A stretch of DNA of 64,000 nt from Gammaproteobacteria bacterium (GTDB taxonomy: Bacteria; Pseudomonadota; Gammaproteobacteria; SZUA-229), in assembly GCA_029287435.1 (NCBI GenBank), contig JARFRD010000022.1, positions 433 through 64,432 on the forward strand. The letters are read 5' to 3'. The translations under genes were made by a program, and so were the position numbers. Positions 26,039 to 36,140 of this stretch are shown here, piece after piece (position 1 is the stretch's first letter; each line of letters opens with the position of its first letter). Below the pieces are notes generated by a model that saw nothing but the letters and a program-made list of their open reading frames with translations, had not been told where the DNA came from and ran no database searches.

Positions 26039-27223
26039 ATGAATATTTTAATGGACGGGTTACTCAACCTTTCTGTGTGGGGCTATATCGGCGCCACGTT
26101 ATTGTTAACACACATTACCATTGTCTCGGTGACCGTTTTTCTGCACCGCCACCAGGCCCACAATGCTCTTACATTACACCCGGCCGTCAGCCATTTTTTC
26201 CGTTTCTGGCTATGGCTGACGACAGGCATGGTTACCCGCCAGTGGGTAGCCGTGCACCGCAAACACCATGCCAAATGCGAATCCAGCGATGACCCCCATA
26301 GCCCACAGGTGCTCGGGCTGAAGAAAGTCCTGCTGCAGGGCAGTGAACTCTATCGCAAGGAAGCCGCCAATGCGGAAACCACCGACAAATATGGCCACGG
26401 CACGCCGGACGATGTTCTCGAGCGTCGCCTGTACAGTCGCTACCCGTTTATCGGCATCGGCCTTATGCTGGCCATCGATGTGCTGCTGTTCGGTGCCATT
26501 GGCATAACGATTTTCGCCATTCAGATGCTGTGGATTCCGTTCTGGGCCGCCGGCGTGATCAACGGTGTCGGCCACTTCTGGGGTTATCGCAATTTCGAGA
26601 CCGATGATGCATCACGCAATATTGTGCCGTGGGGCATTTTGATCGGTGGTGAAGAATTGCACAACAATCATCACAGCTACGGCTTCTCCGCGCGCTTGTC
26701 CAACAAGTGGTGGGAATTCGATATCGGCTGGTTCTATATACGTATCCTGGAATTGCTCGGCCTGGCAAAGGTCAAGAAGATTTCTCCGCGGGCAGTGATC
26801 GAACCCGATAAAAGCATCATCGATGTGGAAACCGTTCGCGCCGTGGTACGCAACCGATTCCATATTCTCAAGCTATACGGGCGCAAGGTCATCAAGCCGG
26901 TACTGAAACAGCAGCGCCGTATTGCGATCCCGTCATACAAACCTTATTTCCGCAGGGTCTCCAGGCTGCTGGTGCGCGAGGGAACCGTGCTGGATGCAGC
27001 GAAACGTGAACGTCTGGCCGAAGCGCTGAACCATAGCCAGACGCTGGAAACAGTCTATCGTTACAAACTGGCGCTGAAGGAAATCTGGCGCAAGACATCA
27101 CGTGACCAGGCAGATCGTGTACGACGCCTGCAGGAGTGGTGCAACCAGGCGGAAGCAAGCGGTATCCAGGCCCTGCAGGACTTTGCCTGTTACCTGCGCG
27201 GCTATACGCTGGATATTCGATAG
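26039..27223 (+). CDS. membrane fatty-acid (acyl-CoA/acyl-lipid delta-9-type) desaturase
   Basis: Three His boxes: HRHQAH, HRKHH and HNNHH. Confidence 0.85.
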   Translation: MNILMDGLLNLSVWGYIGATLLLTHITIVSVTVFLHRHQAHNALTLHPAVSHFFRFWLWLTTGMVTRQWVAVHRKHHAKCESSDDPHSPQVLGLKKVLLQGSELYRKEAANAETTDKYGHGTPDDVLERRLYSRYPFIGIGLMLAIDVLLFGAIGITIFAIQMLWIPFWAAGVINGVGHFWGYRNFETDDASRNIVPWGILIGGEELHNNHHSYGFSARLSNKWWEFDIGWFYIRILELLGLAKVKKISPRAVIEPDKSIIDVETVRAVVRNRFHILKLYGRKVIKPVLKQQRRIAIPSYKPYFRRVSRLLVREGTVLDAAKRERLAEALNHSQTLETVYRYKLALKEIWRKTSRDQADRVRRLQEWCNQAEASGIQALQDFACYLRGYTLDIR

Positions 27224-27232
27224 TCAGAAATT

Positions 27233-27892
27233 ATGAAACCCAAGTCGCCTTTTACGCAACCCTATGAAAATTTACCCCAAGAGCTACCGATATACCCGTT
27301 GGAAAATGCCCTGTTGCCTGGTGGTGAACTGCCATTAACCATTGATGAAGCCAATTATTTGGCCATGTTTCTGGATGTGTTAAAAACTGATCAATTGATT
27401 GGTATGGTGCAGCCGCAGGATAATAATCCGGATAATGATATTTATCAGACAGGTTGCGCCGGGCGAATCAGGCAATATCGGGAGAGAACAGACGGCAAGT
27501 TAAATATCATGCTGACGGGAATTTGCAGATATAAAATAATCAAAGAATTACCGATGAAAAATGGTTATCGAAGGGTCATGGCCGACTGGAGTGATTTCGA
27601 ACAGGATTATCAGACGGAAGAAGTCCCTGCGCAGAAAATAGATCATTTCAAGGCAAGTTTACGCAACTATTTTGACCGTCACATGATGCAGGTGGATTGG
27701 AAAGTTCTCGATGAACTGCCGATTGAACAAGTCGTTAATAATCTAGTCTTGATATTAAACTTGAGTATTGATAGTAAACAGCGACTGCTTGAGTCACCAA
27801 CAGTTGTTGATCGGCTACAGCTGTTTTCACAGTTGCTCGAGGAAATACCCGCTCCGATAACAGGGTCAAAACAAGGGAATCTTGTTAATTAG
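27233..27892 (+). CDS. LON substrate-binding (Lon N-terminal) domain protein
   Basis: LPIYPLENALLPGGELPLTI start. 219 aa with no ATPase or protease domain. Confidence 0.7.
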   Translation: MKPKSPFTQPYENLPQELPIYPLENALLPGGELPLTIDEANYLAMFLDVLKTDQLIGMVQPQDNNPDNDIYQTGCAGRIRQYRERTDGKLNIMLTGICRYKIIKELPMKNGYRRVMADWSDFEQDYQTEEVPAQKIDHFKASLRNYFDRHMMQVDWKVLDELPIEQVVNNLVLILNLSIDSKQRLLESPTVVDRLQLFSQLLEEIPAPITGSKQGNLVN

Positions 27893-28086
27893 TCGACCCT
27901 GAAAGACTAATAATTGATTAATATATTGATTACAGAATCAATGTAGTAACACCCTGTCGGCCGGAAATTGATGATAACAGTTAATTACTGGCGGATTGCC
28001 GCATCAATGCGCACAACGAAACGAAACACAGTGATATAGTTGTTGCCAGCTTTCTTAACTGACAAATCATTTGTGGAGTAATACTC

Positions 28087-28392
28087 ATGTTTATCGTCGC
28101 CAATCGGGTACCCGTTGCTTCCGGCTGGGAAGATACCTTTGAAGAACGCTTTCGACAGCGTGCAGGCCAGATCGACAAGCAGTCTGGTTTTGTGCGTATG
28201 CAAATCCTCAAGCCTGAAAGTAATGATACGCCTTATGTCGTGTTAACCACCTGGCAGGACAAGGCCTCATTTGAGGCCTGGGTGGGCAGTGAGGATTTCA
28301 AACTGGCTCATAGCAATCCAATGCCAAAGGAAGCGTTTGATGGAGAGGGCAAGATGGAAATACACGAGGTGATTATCGATGCCGAGCCATAG
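28087..28392 (+). CDS. ABM-domain monooxygenase (IsdG/HmoB-like haem-degrading type)
   Basis: MFIVANRVPVASGWEDTFEERFRQRAG...FVRMQILKP...WQDKASFEAW. Confidence 0.7.
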   Translation: MFIVANRVPVASGWEDTFEERFRQRAGQIDKQSGFVRMQILKPESNDTPYVVLTTWQDKASFEAWVGSEDFKLAHSNPMPKEAFDGEGKMEIHEVIIDAEP

Positions 28393-28417
28393 CCATGTAA
28401 GGATTTGGTAATGTGAT

Positions 28418-28444
28418 AAAGAGTCGGAGTGATTTAATTTTTTG
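28418..28444. repeat. family-B repeat, left arm only
   Basis: AAAGAGTCGGAGTGATTTAATTTTTTG. Confidence 0.7.
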
Positions 28445-28462
28445 CAAAACTATAACAATACG

Positions 28463-29107
28463 ATGACTATGAAACTTGTACAAAAAAGCCTTCTAGAAGG
28501 CACGAGGGAATACGAAATCATCGATGATGATACCTTATCGGTACGGATAAAGCGGCTGTTAAAAGAAGAGAAACTGACTGTCAGCCTGTCCATGCTTAAT
28601 CCTGAGCCGGTGCTGAATGGTTCAGAGCTGGAGTTTTATAGTGACTATAAAGGGCGTCCGATTCTTTCACTGTTATTAAATAAACCGAATGCAGCAGAAT
28701 TTGACACTTTTATCGATACATTGAAGAAAAAAATAATCGGCGAGGACGATATTCTTACCAGTGTTGATGATGATTCCCAAGATACTAAAGTGTCTGAAGC
28801 ACTGGCCAGGAATGTCTATGAGGAACCACCGTTGTTCTTCGAGGATTCTGCCGATAGGCGAGATATAACGAGCGTTCTGCCGGTTAATGCAGAAAGGCTA
28901 AGTGATGACATCAGCATGCTGAAAACCTATCTGGAAGAGGAGGACATCAGGCCCCTGATCGATTCTCTTGAAACACTTAAAGCGGGACCTGATAATGAAG
29001 CGGCCTATCAGAAAATGCTGGATGCCTACGACGTTCTGGGCATCAAACAAGGCGCTGTATTGACCTATGCGCCTTATCTCAAGGTTCTGCTATCTAAATC
29101 CATGTAA
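28463..29107 (+). CDS. hypothetical protein with a C-terminal module shared with the 35744-36016 gene
   Basis: The track ORF starts at a TTG inside repeat B, so I use ATG 28463. The C-terminal 66 aa are 32/66 identical (hand alignment) to the 90-aa protein in the MoxR cluster. Confidence 0.55.
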   Translation: MTMKLVQKSLLEGTREYEIIDDDTLSVRIKRLLKEEKLTVSLSMLNPEPVLNGSELEFYSDYKGRPILSLLLNKPNAAEFDTFIDTLKKKIIGEDDILTSVDDDSQDTKVSEALARNVYEEPPLFFEDSADRRDITSVLPVNAERLSDDISMLKTYLEEEDIRPLIDSLETLKAGPDNEAAYQKMLDAYDVLGIKQGAVLTYAPYLKVLLSKSM

Positions 29108-29120
29108 TATACAAATCAAT

Positions 29121-29165
29121 AAAGAGCTCGGAGTGATGCAAAATAATTCTCTCCGACCCTTTATT
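29121..29165. repeat. family-B hairpin repeat (diverged right arm)
   Basis: AAAGAGCTCGGAGTGATGCAAAATAATTCTCTCCGACCCTTTATT. Confidence 0.7.
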
Positions 29166-29173
29166 GCCAGCTA

Positions 29174-31237
29174 TTACCAGGTGAAATTGATGCCTGCATA
29201 CAAGCGCCGCTCAGCACCCGCTTCGTAGTAGCGCCCATTTCTGGCGTTGATGCGCAGATTGTCCAGATATTCTGAGTTGAACAGGTTTTCGATACCGATG
29301 ACCAGTTCGGTGTCATAACTGCTGCTTGTCATGGTACGACCAATACGCAGGTTGCTGACGGTTTGTGATGCAACGTCGATGGTGTTGGCATCATCCGCAT
29401 AACGCTTACCAATGTATTGCGCAGACAGGCCGGTATAATAACCATGCTGGAACTGGTATCTGGCATCAATGAACCCGGTCCAGTCGGGCAGGCCCGGCAG
29501 GTCGTTATTACTGGCGTCATCAAAGCGTGCATTCATGTAGGTTAGCGCGCCAGACATTTCCAGCTGTGGCAGGGCTTCTGGCCACCAGCGACCACCGAGC
29601 TCAAATCCTTCACGGCGGGTGCGATCGGCATTGCGGTAGAAGGTGCGCTCATCAGCTGGAGCTGCGCCCGGAGCATCATCAACGATAATCTCGTCTTCCA
29701 CCTGTACCGTAAACAGGCTGGCCTCTAGTTGCAGATTGATTAGAGCGCCACGTAGACCGATTTCCAGGCTGCGGCTGGTCTGAGGCTCCAGTCCCGGGCG
29801 AAAGCCGCTGCCCTGCGGATTGGCAAACTCGGTGAACGTTGGAGCTTCAAAGCTGGTGGCGTATTGGCCAAAGGCGCTCCACTGGCCATCAAGCATGTGG
29901 CTGTATCCGAGGCTGTAGTGCGTCTCGTCATAGACGCGTTCGCCGGAGTTGTCGATACCGCCCGCCTGCAGGTTATCATCGATGGCCATGCGGAGGTGGT
30001 CATGCCGCAAACCGATAATCCAGCGTCCATGTTCATTGACTAAAGGCCCGGCCAGTTGTAGTCCCAGGCCAGCATTACTCGCTTTCTCAAGTTGGTCCAG
30101 TGCCAGGTCATCGCTGATGCCGCTGCGGCAGATAAAGGGCTCGAGGTCGATATTCCGACAATAGCGTTGCCGGTCATCGCGCTGATCTTCAACACTGAGT
30201 TGCATATGCAGGATGACTTGGCCCAGTGGGCGTTGGTAATGGAGGGTGCCGCCGATGAGCTGCCGGTCGTAGCTGATCAGACTGTCGCCGGGAAATGGTA
30301 GTTGCTGCTGAAAGTCCCGCTTAGTCAGCCACGCTTGCGCACGCAGCAGATGATTATCACCACCGAGGCGCTGCACGACCCCCAGTGAGGCGATGTTCTG
30401 GCTGACCTCTTGTCCGGCATTCATGGCCCTGGCGAGCGGGGCGGCCTGGGATGGATCGTCCTGCAACTCTTCGTAAGTGAGCGCGCCGGGGTCTTCGGCC
30501 AGCGGAGTGTCGAGGTGGTTGAGAATCGCATACCAGTCGCGATTGCCCTGTTGGTGATCAAGCCGGAGTCCGACATTGAGTCGTTCCACCGAGCTTTGCT
30601 CGCGATAGCCCTGCTGTTCAAGCCGGGTAACGGCACCGCGAAACCCGAACTGATCGCGTTGTTTGCCTTGTTTGCTAAGCGCGCCGTGGATACGACGCAA
30701 TCCATAGCCGCCCAGCTGTGCCTCGACCCTGGCGAGCGGCGATTGGCGGGGGATAAAACTGCGGTAATCGAGCAGGCCGCCACTGCTATTGCCATGCAGC
30801 ACAGCATTGGCACCGCGCAGCACTTCGATGGTCTGGATGGAGCTGGGATCGATGGCATCAATTTGCGCCTGCCCATCCACCGTGGTCAGCGGTATGCCAT
30901 CCAGCCGCACCCGCACGCCGCGGATGCCAAACGGTGCGCGGGCTCCAAATCCCCTGATCGAAACGCGCGGGTTCTGTGCAAAGTTATTGCGGTTCTGCAC
31001 CAGTACGCCTGGCGCATGGTTCAACGCATCGGTTGGTTGCAAGGGAGCACGTCCATCTCCGATATCTTGATTGTCAATCAACGTGACCCCGCTTGGAGCC
31101 TCCTGCCAGCGGGTTTCAATCAATGGTGCTCTAATAATAATCTCCAACGGTACCTTTTCAGCAGGCTCCTGCGCAGTAGTCAGTGCGGGCCAGAGCGCCA
31201 TGGCGCTGAACATCATCAATAAGGGCAGTCGGGGCAT
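29174..31237 (-). CDS. TonB-dependent outer-membrane receptor
   Basis: Signal peptide, plug-domain motifs and a terminal aromatic residue (YAGINFTW). Confidence 0.9.
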   Translation of the reverse strand: MPRLPLLMMFSAMALWPALTTAQEPAEKVPLEIIIRAPLIETRWQEAPSGVTLIDNQDIGDGRAPLQPTDALNHAPGVLVQNRNNFAQNPRVSIRGFGARAPFGIRGVRVRLDGIPLTTVDGQAQIDAIDPSSIQTIEVLRGANAVLHGNSSGGLLDYRSFIPRQSPLARVEAQLGGYGLRRIHGALSKQGKQRDQFGFRGAVTRLEQQGYREQSSVERLNVGLRLDHQQGNRDWYAILNHLDTPLAEDPGALTYEELQDDPSQAAPLARAMNAGQEVSQNIASLGVVQRLGGDNHLLRAQAWLTKRDFQQQLPFPGDSLISYDRQLIGGTLHYQRPLGQVILHMQLSVEDQRDDRQRYCRNIDLEPFICRSGISDDLALDQLEKASNAGLGLQLAGPLVNEHGRWIIGLRHDHLRMAIDDNLQAGGIDNSGERVYDETHYSLGYSHMLDGQWSAFGQYATSFEAPTFTEFANPQGSGFRPGLEPQTSRSLEIGLRGALINLQLEASLFTVQVEDEIIVDDAPGAAPADERTFYRNADRTRREGFELGGRWWPEALPQLEMSGALTYMNARFDDASNNDLPGLPDWTGFIDARYQFQHGYYTGLSAQYIGKRYADDANTIDVASQTVSNLRIGRTMTSSSYDTELVIGIENLFNSEYLDNLRINARNGRYYEAGAERRLYAGINFTW

Positions 31238-31284
31238 CGCGTGCTGAGAGAATAATCTGGAGGTTCAGGTATCACCCGGGGCGA

Positions 31285-31325
31285 AATAATAGGGGTCTGA
31301 CCCCAATTAAAGTTCAATTAAAGTT
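31285..31325 (+). repeat. family-C repeat (palindromic-core variant) with duplicated tail
   Basis: AATAATAGGGGTCTGACCCCAATTAAAGTTCAATTAAAGTT. Confidence 0.8.
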
Positions 31326-31764
31326 ATATTAATTTCGCATTTAATGTAATAGGCACTGCTGACAATGCCATCGATACCGGGCAGTTCTCTTTGGCGATGG
31401 TTGCCAGTTCTACAAGCTTTTCTTCAGCTATGCCCTCTATCTGGGCTTCCAGGTTTAAATCAATACCCTCAAACGACCAATCATAACCTTCCTGTTTCAT
31501 ATGAATCACTGCTTCTGCCGCTAATCGAGTAGGCGTATATCCTGCAGCAACGATTTGGAAACTAAGGGCCATACAGAAGCACCCGGCATGGGCTGCGGCG
31601 ATGAGCTCTTCGGGATTGGTACCAGCTACACCATTTTCATTCTCAAATCGGTTGGATACATTGTAGGGAGTTTCGTTTAATACCCCGCTGGGAGAGCTAA
31701 GTTCTCCGCTACCTTCCAGTCCTGTTCCAAACCACTCAGCAGTTCCTTTTCTTATAAGACTCAT
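31324..31764 (-). CDS. osmC: OsmC-family peroxiredoxin
   Basis: Close resemblance to E. coli OsmC (KGTAEWFG...NPEELIAAAHAGCF...CPVS). Confidence 0.9.
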   Translation of the reverse strand: MSLIRKGTAEWFGTGLEGSGELSSPSGVLNETPYNVSNRFENENGVAGTNPEELIAAAHAGCFCMALSFQIVAAGYTPTRLAAEAVIHMKQEGYDWSFEGIDLNLEAQIEGIAEEKLVELATIAKENCPVSMALSAVPITLNAKLI

Positions 31765-31796
31765 GTTTTACCTTAAACTAATGGGTAATAGTAATA

Positions 31797-31881
31797 GGGG
31801 ACAGACCACGATTAATCAGAGTGCTGTCTACCTTATCATATTTTTAAAGACATCATATTTTTAAAAACGTGGTCTGTCCCC
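31797..31881. repeat. MITE-like 85-bp element bounded by family-C inverted repeats
   Basis: GGGGACAGACCACG (31797-31810) and CGTGGTCTGTCCCC (31868-31881). Internal ATCATATTTTTAAA x2. Followed by CGTTTACTC x3. Confidence 0.85.
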
Positions 31882-32115
31882 GTTTACTCCTCCGTTTACT
31901 CGTTTACTCCAGTCACCAGCATTGAAGCGCGGCAATCACTAGACAGCGCCACGTCATTGCGGCGAAAGCCGGAATCAAGATTTTGATTTCCCGTAATACA
32001 TAACCCATAAAACATAAAACGGTTGTTACCTCTCCGCTTCGCCGTGTTATTAAGTTGCATCGGGTTTTCAGCATGTGATAATAGACTTCGATTTTTATTC
32101 TCAAAGCGACTGATC

Positions 32116-33747
32116 ATGACCGATAATCCCGTTTGGCGCTGGTTCGACAATACATTTCTAGATCTCGGACGCCAGTTACGCTGGTCATACCTGCCGCCGC
32201 TAATGATTTACCTGGCCGCGGGCGTACAGGGATTGACTGCGATCGTCGGTACCTTTTTCATCAAAGAGTATCTGGACCTTTCCGCCGCTTTTCTCGCCGG
32301 CCTGGCATTCTGGGCGGGGATCCCGTGGACGCTAAAAATGCCGCTGGGGCACCTGGTCGACCTGATCTGGCGCCGCAAGGCACTGCTGGTCTATATCGGC
32401 GCCGGTCTGATTACGCTGAGCATCCTGATCATGTACGGCGTTATCGCGCATACGCAGGCGATGGCCGAAATCATGAAGGTCGAAATCTGGTTCGTCATCG
32501 CGACGTTGCTGGCGCCAACCGGTTACGTGGTACAGGACGTGGTGGCGGATGCGATGACGGTCGAGGCGGTGCCCACCATCAACGAACATGGCGATCCTTA
32601 TTCGGATAAGGAAATCAAGGTCATGCATACGACCATGCAGACCCTGGGGCGCTTCGCCATAATCGGCGGACTGGCCGCGGTCGCCGCGCTCAATATCACG
32701 ATGTTCAGCGGCGTCGAAGACATGTCCGAGGAAGTAAAGGTCGCGATCTACGCCGATATCTACCTGCTGGCACTGGTGATCCCGGTACTATCGATATCCG
32801 GCGTTATTCTGGGCGGGGTGATGCTAAGGCGACGCGCGCGGCGCATGCGCGAGCAGGGCCAGGATCACGCGGCCATCGACAAACTGTTATTCGCGCCCGC
32901 CGCTGAAATCCACCCCAACTGGTGGATCCTCGGTGGCAGCCTGGTATTTGTCATTTTTACGCTGAGCATGGGGATCAGCCAGGTGCCGCTGGCGCAGGAA
33001 ATCATTTTCATCGGCTCGATGTCGATCGTCCTGTTCCTGATGTATCGGCTGATGCTCGAACTCGAGCCGGATATGCGCAATACGCTGATCGGCACCGCGG
33101 TCATCATTTTCGTCTTTCGCGCCACCCCGCTGCCCGGCCCCGGCGCAACCTGGTTTGAAATCGACGTGCTCGAATTCGACCAGCAGTTTCTGTCGGTGCT
33201 GTCGCTGATTGCTTCACTGCTGACTCTGGCAGGCATGGTCATACTGCGGCCAATGATGGCGAAACGTTCAATCGCCTTTGTCATTGTGGTGCTGACGATC
33301 GCCGCCGCTATTCTGGCGTTACCGAACATCGGACTTTACTATGGCCTGCACGAATGGACCGCAGCGCGCACCGGTGGTGTTGTCGACGCGCGTTTTATCG
33401 CAATCATCGACACCATGATGGAATCACCGCTGGGCCAGATCTCGATGATCCCGATGCTGGCATGGATTGCGAAGAATGCACCGCCGCATTTGAAGGCGAC
33501 ATTCTTCGCGGTGATGGCGTCATTCACCAACCTCGCACTATCGGCCTCCAGCCTGGGCACCCGCTACCTGAATGAAATCTTCACGGTAACACGTGAGGTC
33601 CGCGACCGCGTCGAGGACGTCGTCACGACCGCTGCCGACTACAGCGAGTTGGGCTGGCTATTGATCACGGTCATGCTGATCGGGCTGCTGGTGCCGTTGC
33701 TGACCGTTTTCGTCGTGCAGCGTTCACGTCTGCAAACCCAGCAATAG
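32116..33747 (+). CDS. multi-pass transporter, probably BT1 (folate-biopterin transporter)/MFS-like
   Basis: About 12 hydrophobic helices. The N-terminal region resembles BT1 proteins as I recall them. Start set at ATG 32116. Confidence 0.5.
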   Translation: MTDNPVWRWFDNTFLDLGRQLRWSYLPPLMIYLAAGVQGLTAIVGTFFIKEYLDLSAAFLAGLAFWAGIPWTLKMPLGHLVDLIWRRKALLVYIGAGLITLSILIMYGVIAHTQAMAEIMKVEIWFVIATLLAPTGYVVQDVVADAMTVEAVPTINEHGDPYSDKEIKVMHTTMQTLGRFAIIGGLAAVAALNITMFSGVEDMSEEVKVAIYADIYLLALVIPVLSISGVILGGVMLRRRARRMREQGQDHAAIDKLLFAPAAEIHPNWWILGGSLVFVIFTLSMGISQVPLAQEIIFIGSMSIVLFLMYRLMLELEPDMRNTLIGTAVIIFVFRATPLPGPGATWFEIDVLEFDQQFLSVLSLIASLLTLAGMVILRPMMAKRSIAFVIVVLTIAAAILALPNIGLYYGLHEWTAARTGGVVDARFIAIIDTMMESPLGQISMIPMLAWIAKNAPPHLKATFFAVMASFTNLALSASSLGTRYLNEIFTVTREVRDRVEDVVTTAADYSELGWLLITVMLIGLLVPLLTVFVVQRSRLQTQQ

Positions 33748-33803
33748 CGACTCGTTCGTCGGCCCTCAATTGTATTTGTGATCTGACTCTTAAATTTAAA
33801 AAT

Positions 33804-34490
33804 TTAATACCTTAACTCCAGTGCATTGCACAGAAACCGCATATACTGATCTCCTGCATGAAAACGATTAATCACAGTTTTCATCAATGCTGGTGACAGT
33901 ACCTCATTGTCTTCAAGGGGGGTGATGGCGATGAAATCTTTTCGTTTAAGATCTGCGAGCAGGGGATGTGTTTTGTCATAGCCGCGAGGTGGTCGGCTTA
34001 GGGATTCACCCCTTAAATCAAAATTTCTTGAAAATGTGCTGTCGTTGATTGCGTTGAGCCAGTGTTCCCGTTTTTCATCAATGCGTTGACGAATTTTACT
34101 GAGCGCGTCTGAATCTGGACGCCAGATTCCGACACCAACGAAACATTCACCGGGTTCGATGTGCATATAAAAGCCGGGCGCATGGACATCTTTACCCGCT
34201 TCGTGTCGAAACTGTATACCAATATTGGTTTTATATGGTCGTTTGTCTTTGCCAAAGCGTGTATCGCGATACACCCGCATCAGTGAGCCACCTACCTTTT
34301 TCGGCAGAGCCAGGAAATGGGGTGAAATCAGCGCAAGATCGCCTGCTATATCCTCGATAAATTGCAACGCTGGTGTACGAGCAACTGATTCATACATGGT
34401 TTTGTGATCATTAAACCAGTCACGGTTGTTATTGTTGGCGAGCTCGCTTAAAAACGACAGGGTTTCCCTGGTAAAATATTGATTTGACAT
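33804..34490 (-). CDS. DUF2461 (TIGR02453) family protein
   Basis: FTRETLSFLSELANNNNRDWF...YRDTRF motifs. Confidence 0.8.
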   Translation of the reverse strand: MSNQYFTRETLSFLSELANNNNRDWFNDHKTMYESVARTPALQFIEDIAGDLALISPHFLALPKKVGGSLMRVYRDTRFGKDKRPYKTNIGIQFRHEAGKDVHAPGFYMHIEPGECFVGVGIWRPDSDALSKIRQRIDEKREHWLNAINDSTFSRNFDLRGESLSRPPRGYDKTHPLLADLKRKDFIAITPLEDNEVLSPALMKTVINRFHAGDQYMRFLCNALELRY

Positions 34491-34596
34491 AATCGCATTC
34501 CCTGGTATGTAGCGTGAGAATAATTAGCATAGCAGTCGCATGTCAACAATAATCAAGAATCAGCAACAAACCACATTTTTTACACCCGTATACGAT

Positions 34597-34657
34597 AAAA
34601 GGGGTTGAGGGATCAAGGTGGCGGAGTGATATGACATTAATCACTCCAACCTCTTTT
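34597..34657. repeat. composite repeat: A-type head fused to a family-B hairpin
   Basis: AAAAGGGGTTGAGGGATCAAGGTGGCGGAGTGATATGACATTAATCACTCCAACC. Confidence 0.75.
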
Positions 34658-34788
34658 CTTTTTTTGATTTCATCTTGCTCATCCCCGCTTCAGTTGCCCT
34701 GCAAATTATGGGCACCCCTTAATTGGTAGTGATGCGACGACGAACTAATGATAATCGATGTGAGTTTCAGCCAGGATATGCTTTGCGG

Positions 34789-35685
34789 CTACAGGTAAAG
34801 GATTCCGTCTCTGCGCTTCTGGATCGATGGCTCATTTTCCGTTGAGCCTCTAAGTCGTGCTTCCACGCGCATAGCATTCATTAGTTTCTTATCCGCTACA
34901 TATGGATATAAAGGATAGAATCTCTGCACTTCAAGAACGTTGGGTTTTGCTGCCAGCTCAAGACGCCTTCGATCCTCATGTGACAGCCAATGCAGCATCA
35001 GCAGGCGTGGTGCCTGTCTTGCTAAATAACGTTGACACAACTGATACTGAGACTCTTCCTGCCAGTCTTCCCTTACCAACAAGGCGGGAAAACTTTCAGT
35101 TTCATGGCTACGACGCGTGAACCAGCGGGCACGTGGATTATAACCAGCCCGTTTGGCGACCAACTTTTCCAGCTGGTAATTGACCGGGGGGGTACCTCGC
35201 TCTTTCTCGTCTTCCGTAGTGTCAACAGGAAGGACTGCAGCCGGCAGGGCCGTCCACTCCGGGCGCTCTGGAAATGATGCCATCTGCTCCGCTTCCGTAC
35301 AGGAGAAAATCAGCGCCAGCGGCGACTGGTCTTCTTTATCGAGTAGCCAGTATTCATAGATATCTGCAGCAGGGAATGGCAGGCTTGCCTGTGTGAGGAA
35401 ATGGATCAGTTCCATTATGCGGTCATCAATTTCTTCACTTTCTAATGTTGATTGCTGCGCAATCGTCTGCAGTTGACTGTGGTTGACCACGGCGGCCCGT
35501 CTGAAGCTGTGCTGAGGTCTGTAGCCGTAGTAGTTTTCTCGCCCACTGATGGCATGAAGAAAATGTATCTCCCAGGTTTCACAGTCCATGGATACGGCGC
35601 GGGCGCGTTCTGACTCGGCAATCTGTATCTGGCCGGAGTACGGGGGAGTTAGACGCTGTGAGTAGGCTCTAATCTTGCTTGTCAT
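34789..35685 (-). CDS. hypothetical protein (last gene of the MoxR-VWA cluster)
   Basis: 298 aa counted from ATG 35685. No family recognised. Confidence 0.55.
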   Translation of the reverse strand: MTSKIRAYSQRLTPPYSGQIQIAESERARAVSMDCETWEIHFLHAISGRENYYGYRPQHSFRRAAVVNHSQLQTIAQQSTLESEEIDDRIMELIHFLTQASLPFPAADIYEYWLLDKEDQSPLALIFSCTEAEQMASFPERPEWTALPAAVLPVDTTEDEKERGTPPVNYQLEKLVAKRAGYNPRARWFTRRSHETESFPALLVREDWQEESQYQLCQRYLARQAPRLLMLHWLSHEDRRRLELAAKPNVLEVQRFYPLYPYVADKKLMNAMRVEARLRGSTENEPSIQKRRDGILYL

Positions 35686-35743
35686 TGTAACTGGAATCCA
35701 ATATTGCTGTGTTTGCAGGAAAGTCGAAGAAAAAAATAGATAC

Positions 35744-36016
35744 TCAATGCTTGTTCCGCGTGTCGTTAGTATACGGGTCATCTGAGATCAGGACTATCAG
35801 GTAGGGCGCGTATGTCAGCACGGCGCCCTGGGCGATACCAGGATTATTGAAAGCCTCATTAGTATCTGCAAGACGTGGAGCACTATCAGGATCTTCCTTT
35901 AGTGCTTCCAGTGCCGAGATCAAGGGCTCGATTTCAGCACCATCCAGGTATGTTCTTAACTGTTGTATAGAGGAGGTAATCCCTTCAGTATCTATTTTTT
36001 TTTGAAGACTGGTCAT
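35744..36016 (-). CDS. hypothetical 90-aa protein with conserved GI-QGAVLTYAPYL-VL-S module
   Basis: ORF in the MoxR-VWA cluster. Paralogous to the C-terminus of the 28463-29107 product. Confidence 0.6.
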   Translation of the reverse strand: MTSLQKKIDTEGITSSIQQLRTYLDGAEIEPLISALEALKEDPDSAPRLADTNEAFNNPGIAQGAVLTYAPYLIVLISDDPYTNDTRNKH

Positions 36017-36140
36017 TATCTGTATGCTGTTTATATCTGTATTTCAAACATGGATGAAGCGGATTGCTATGTTTGTAGACAAGGTGGATAGTGTTCTCAA
36101 TATTTTCTCTGCGTTCAATGTAATGGTCGTTGATGTTTTC

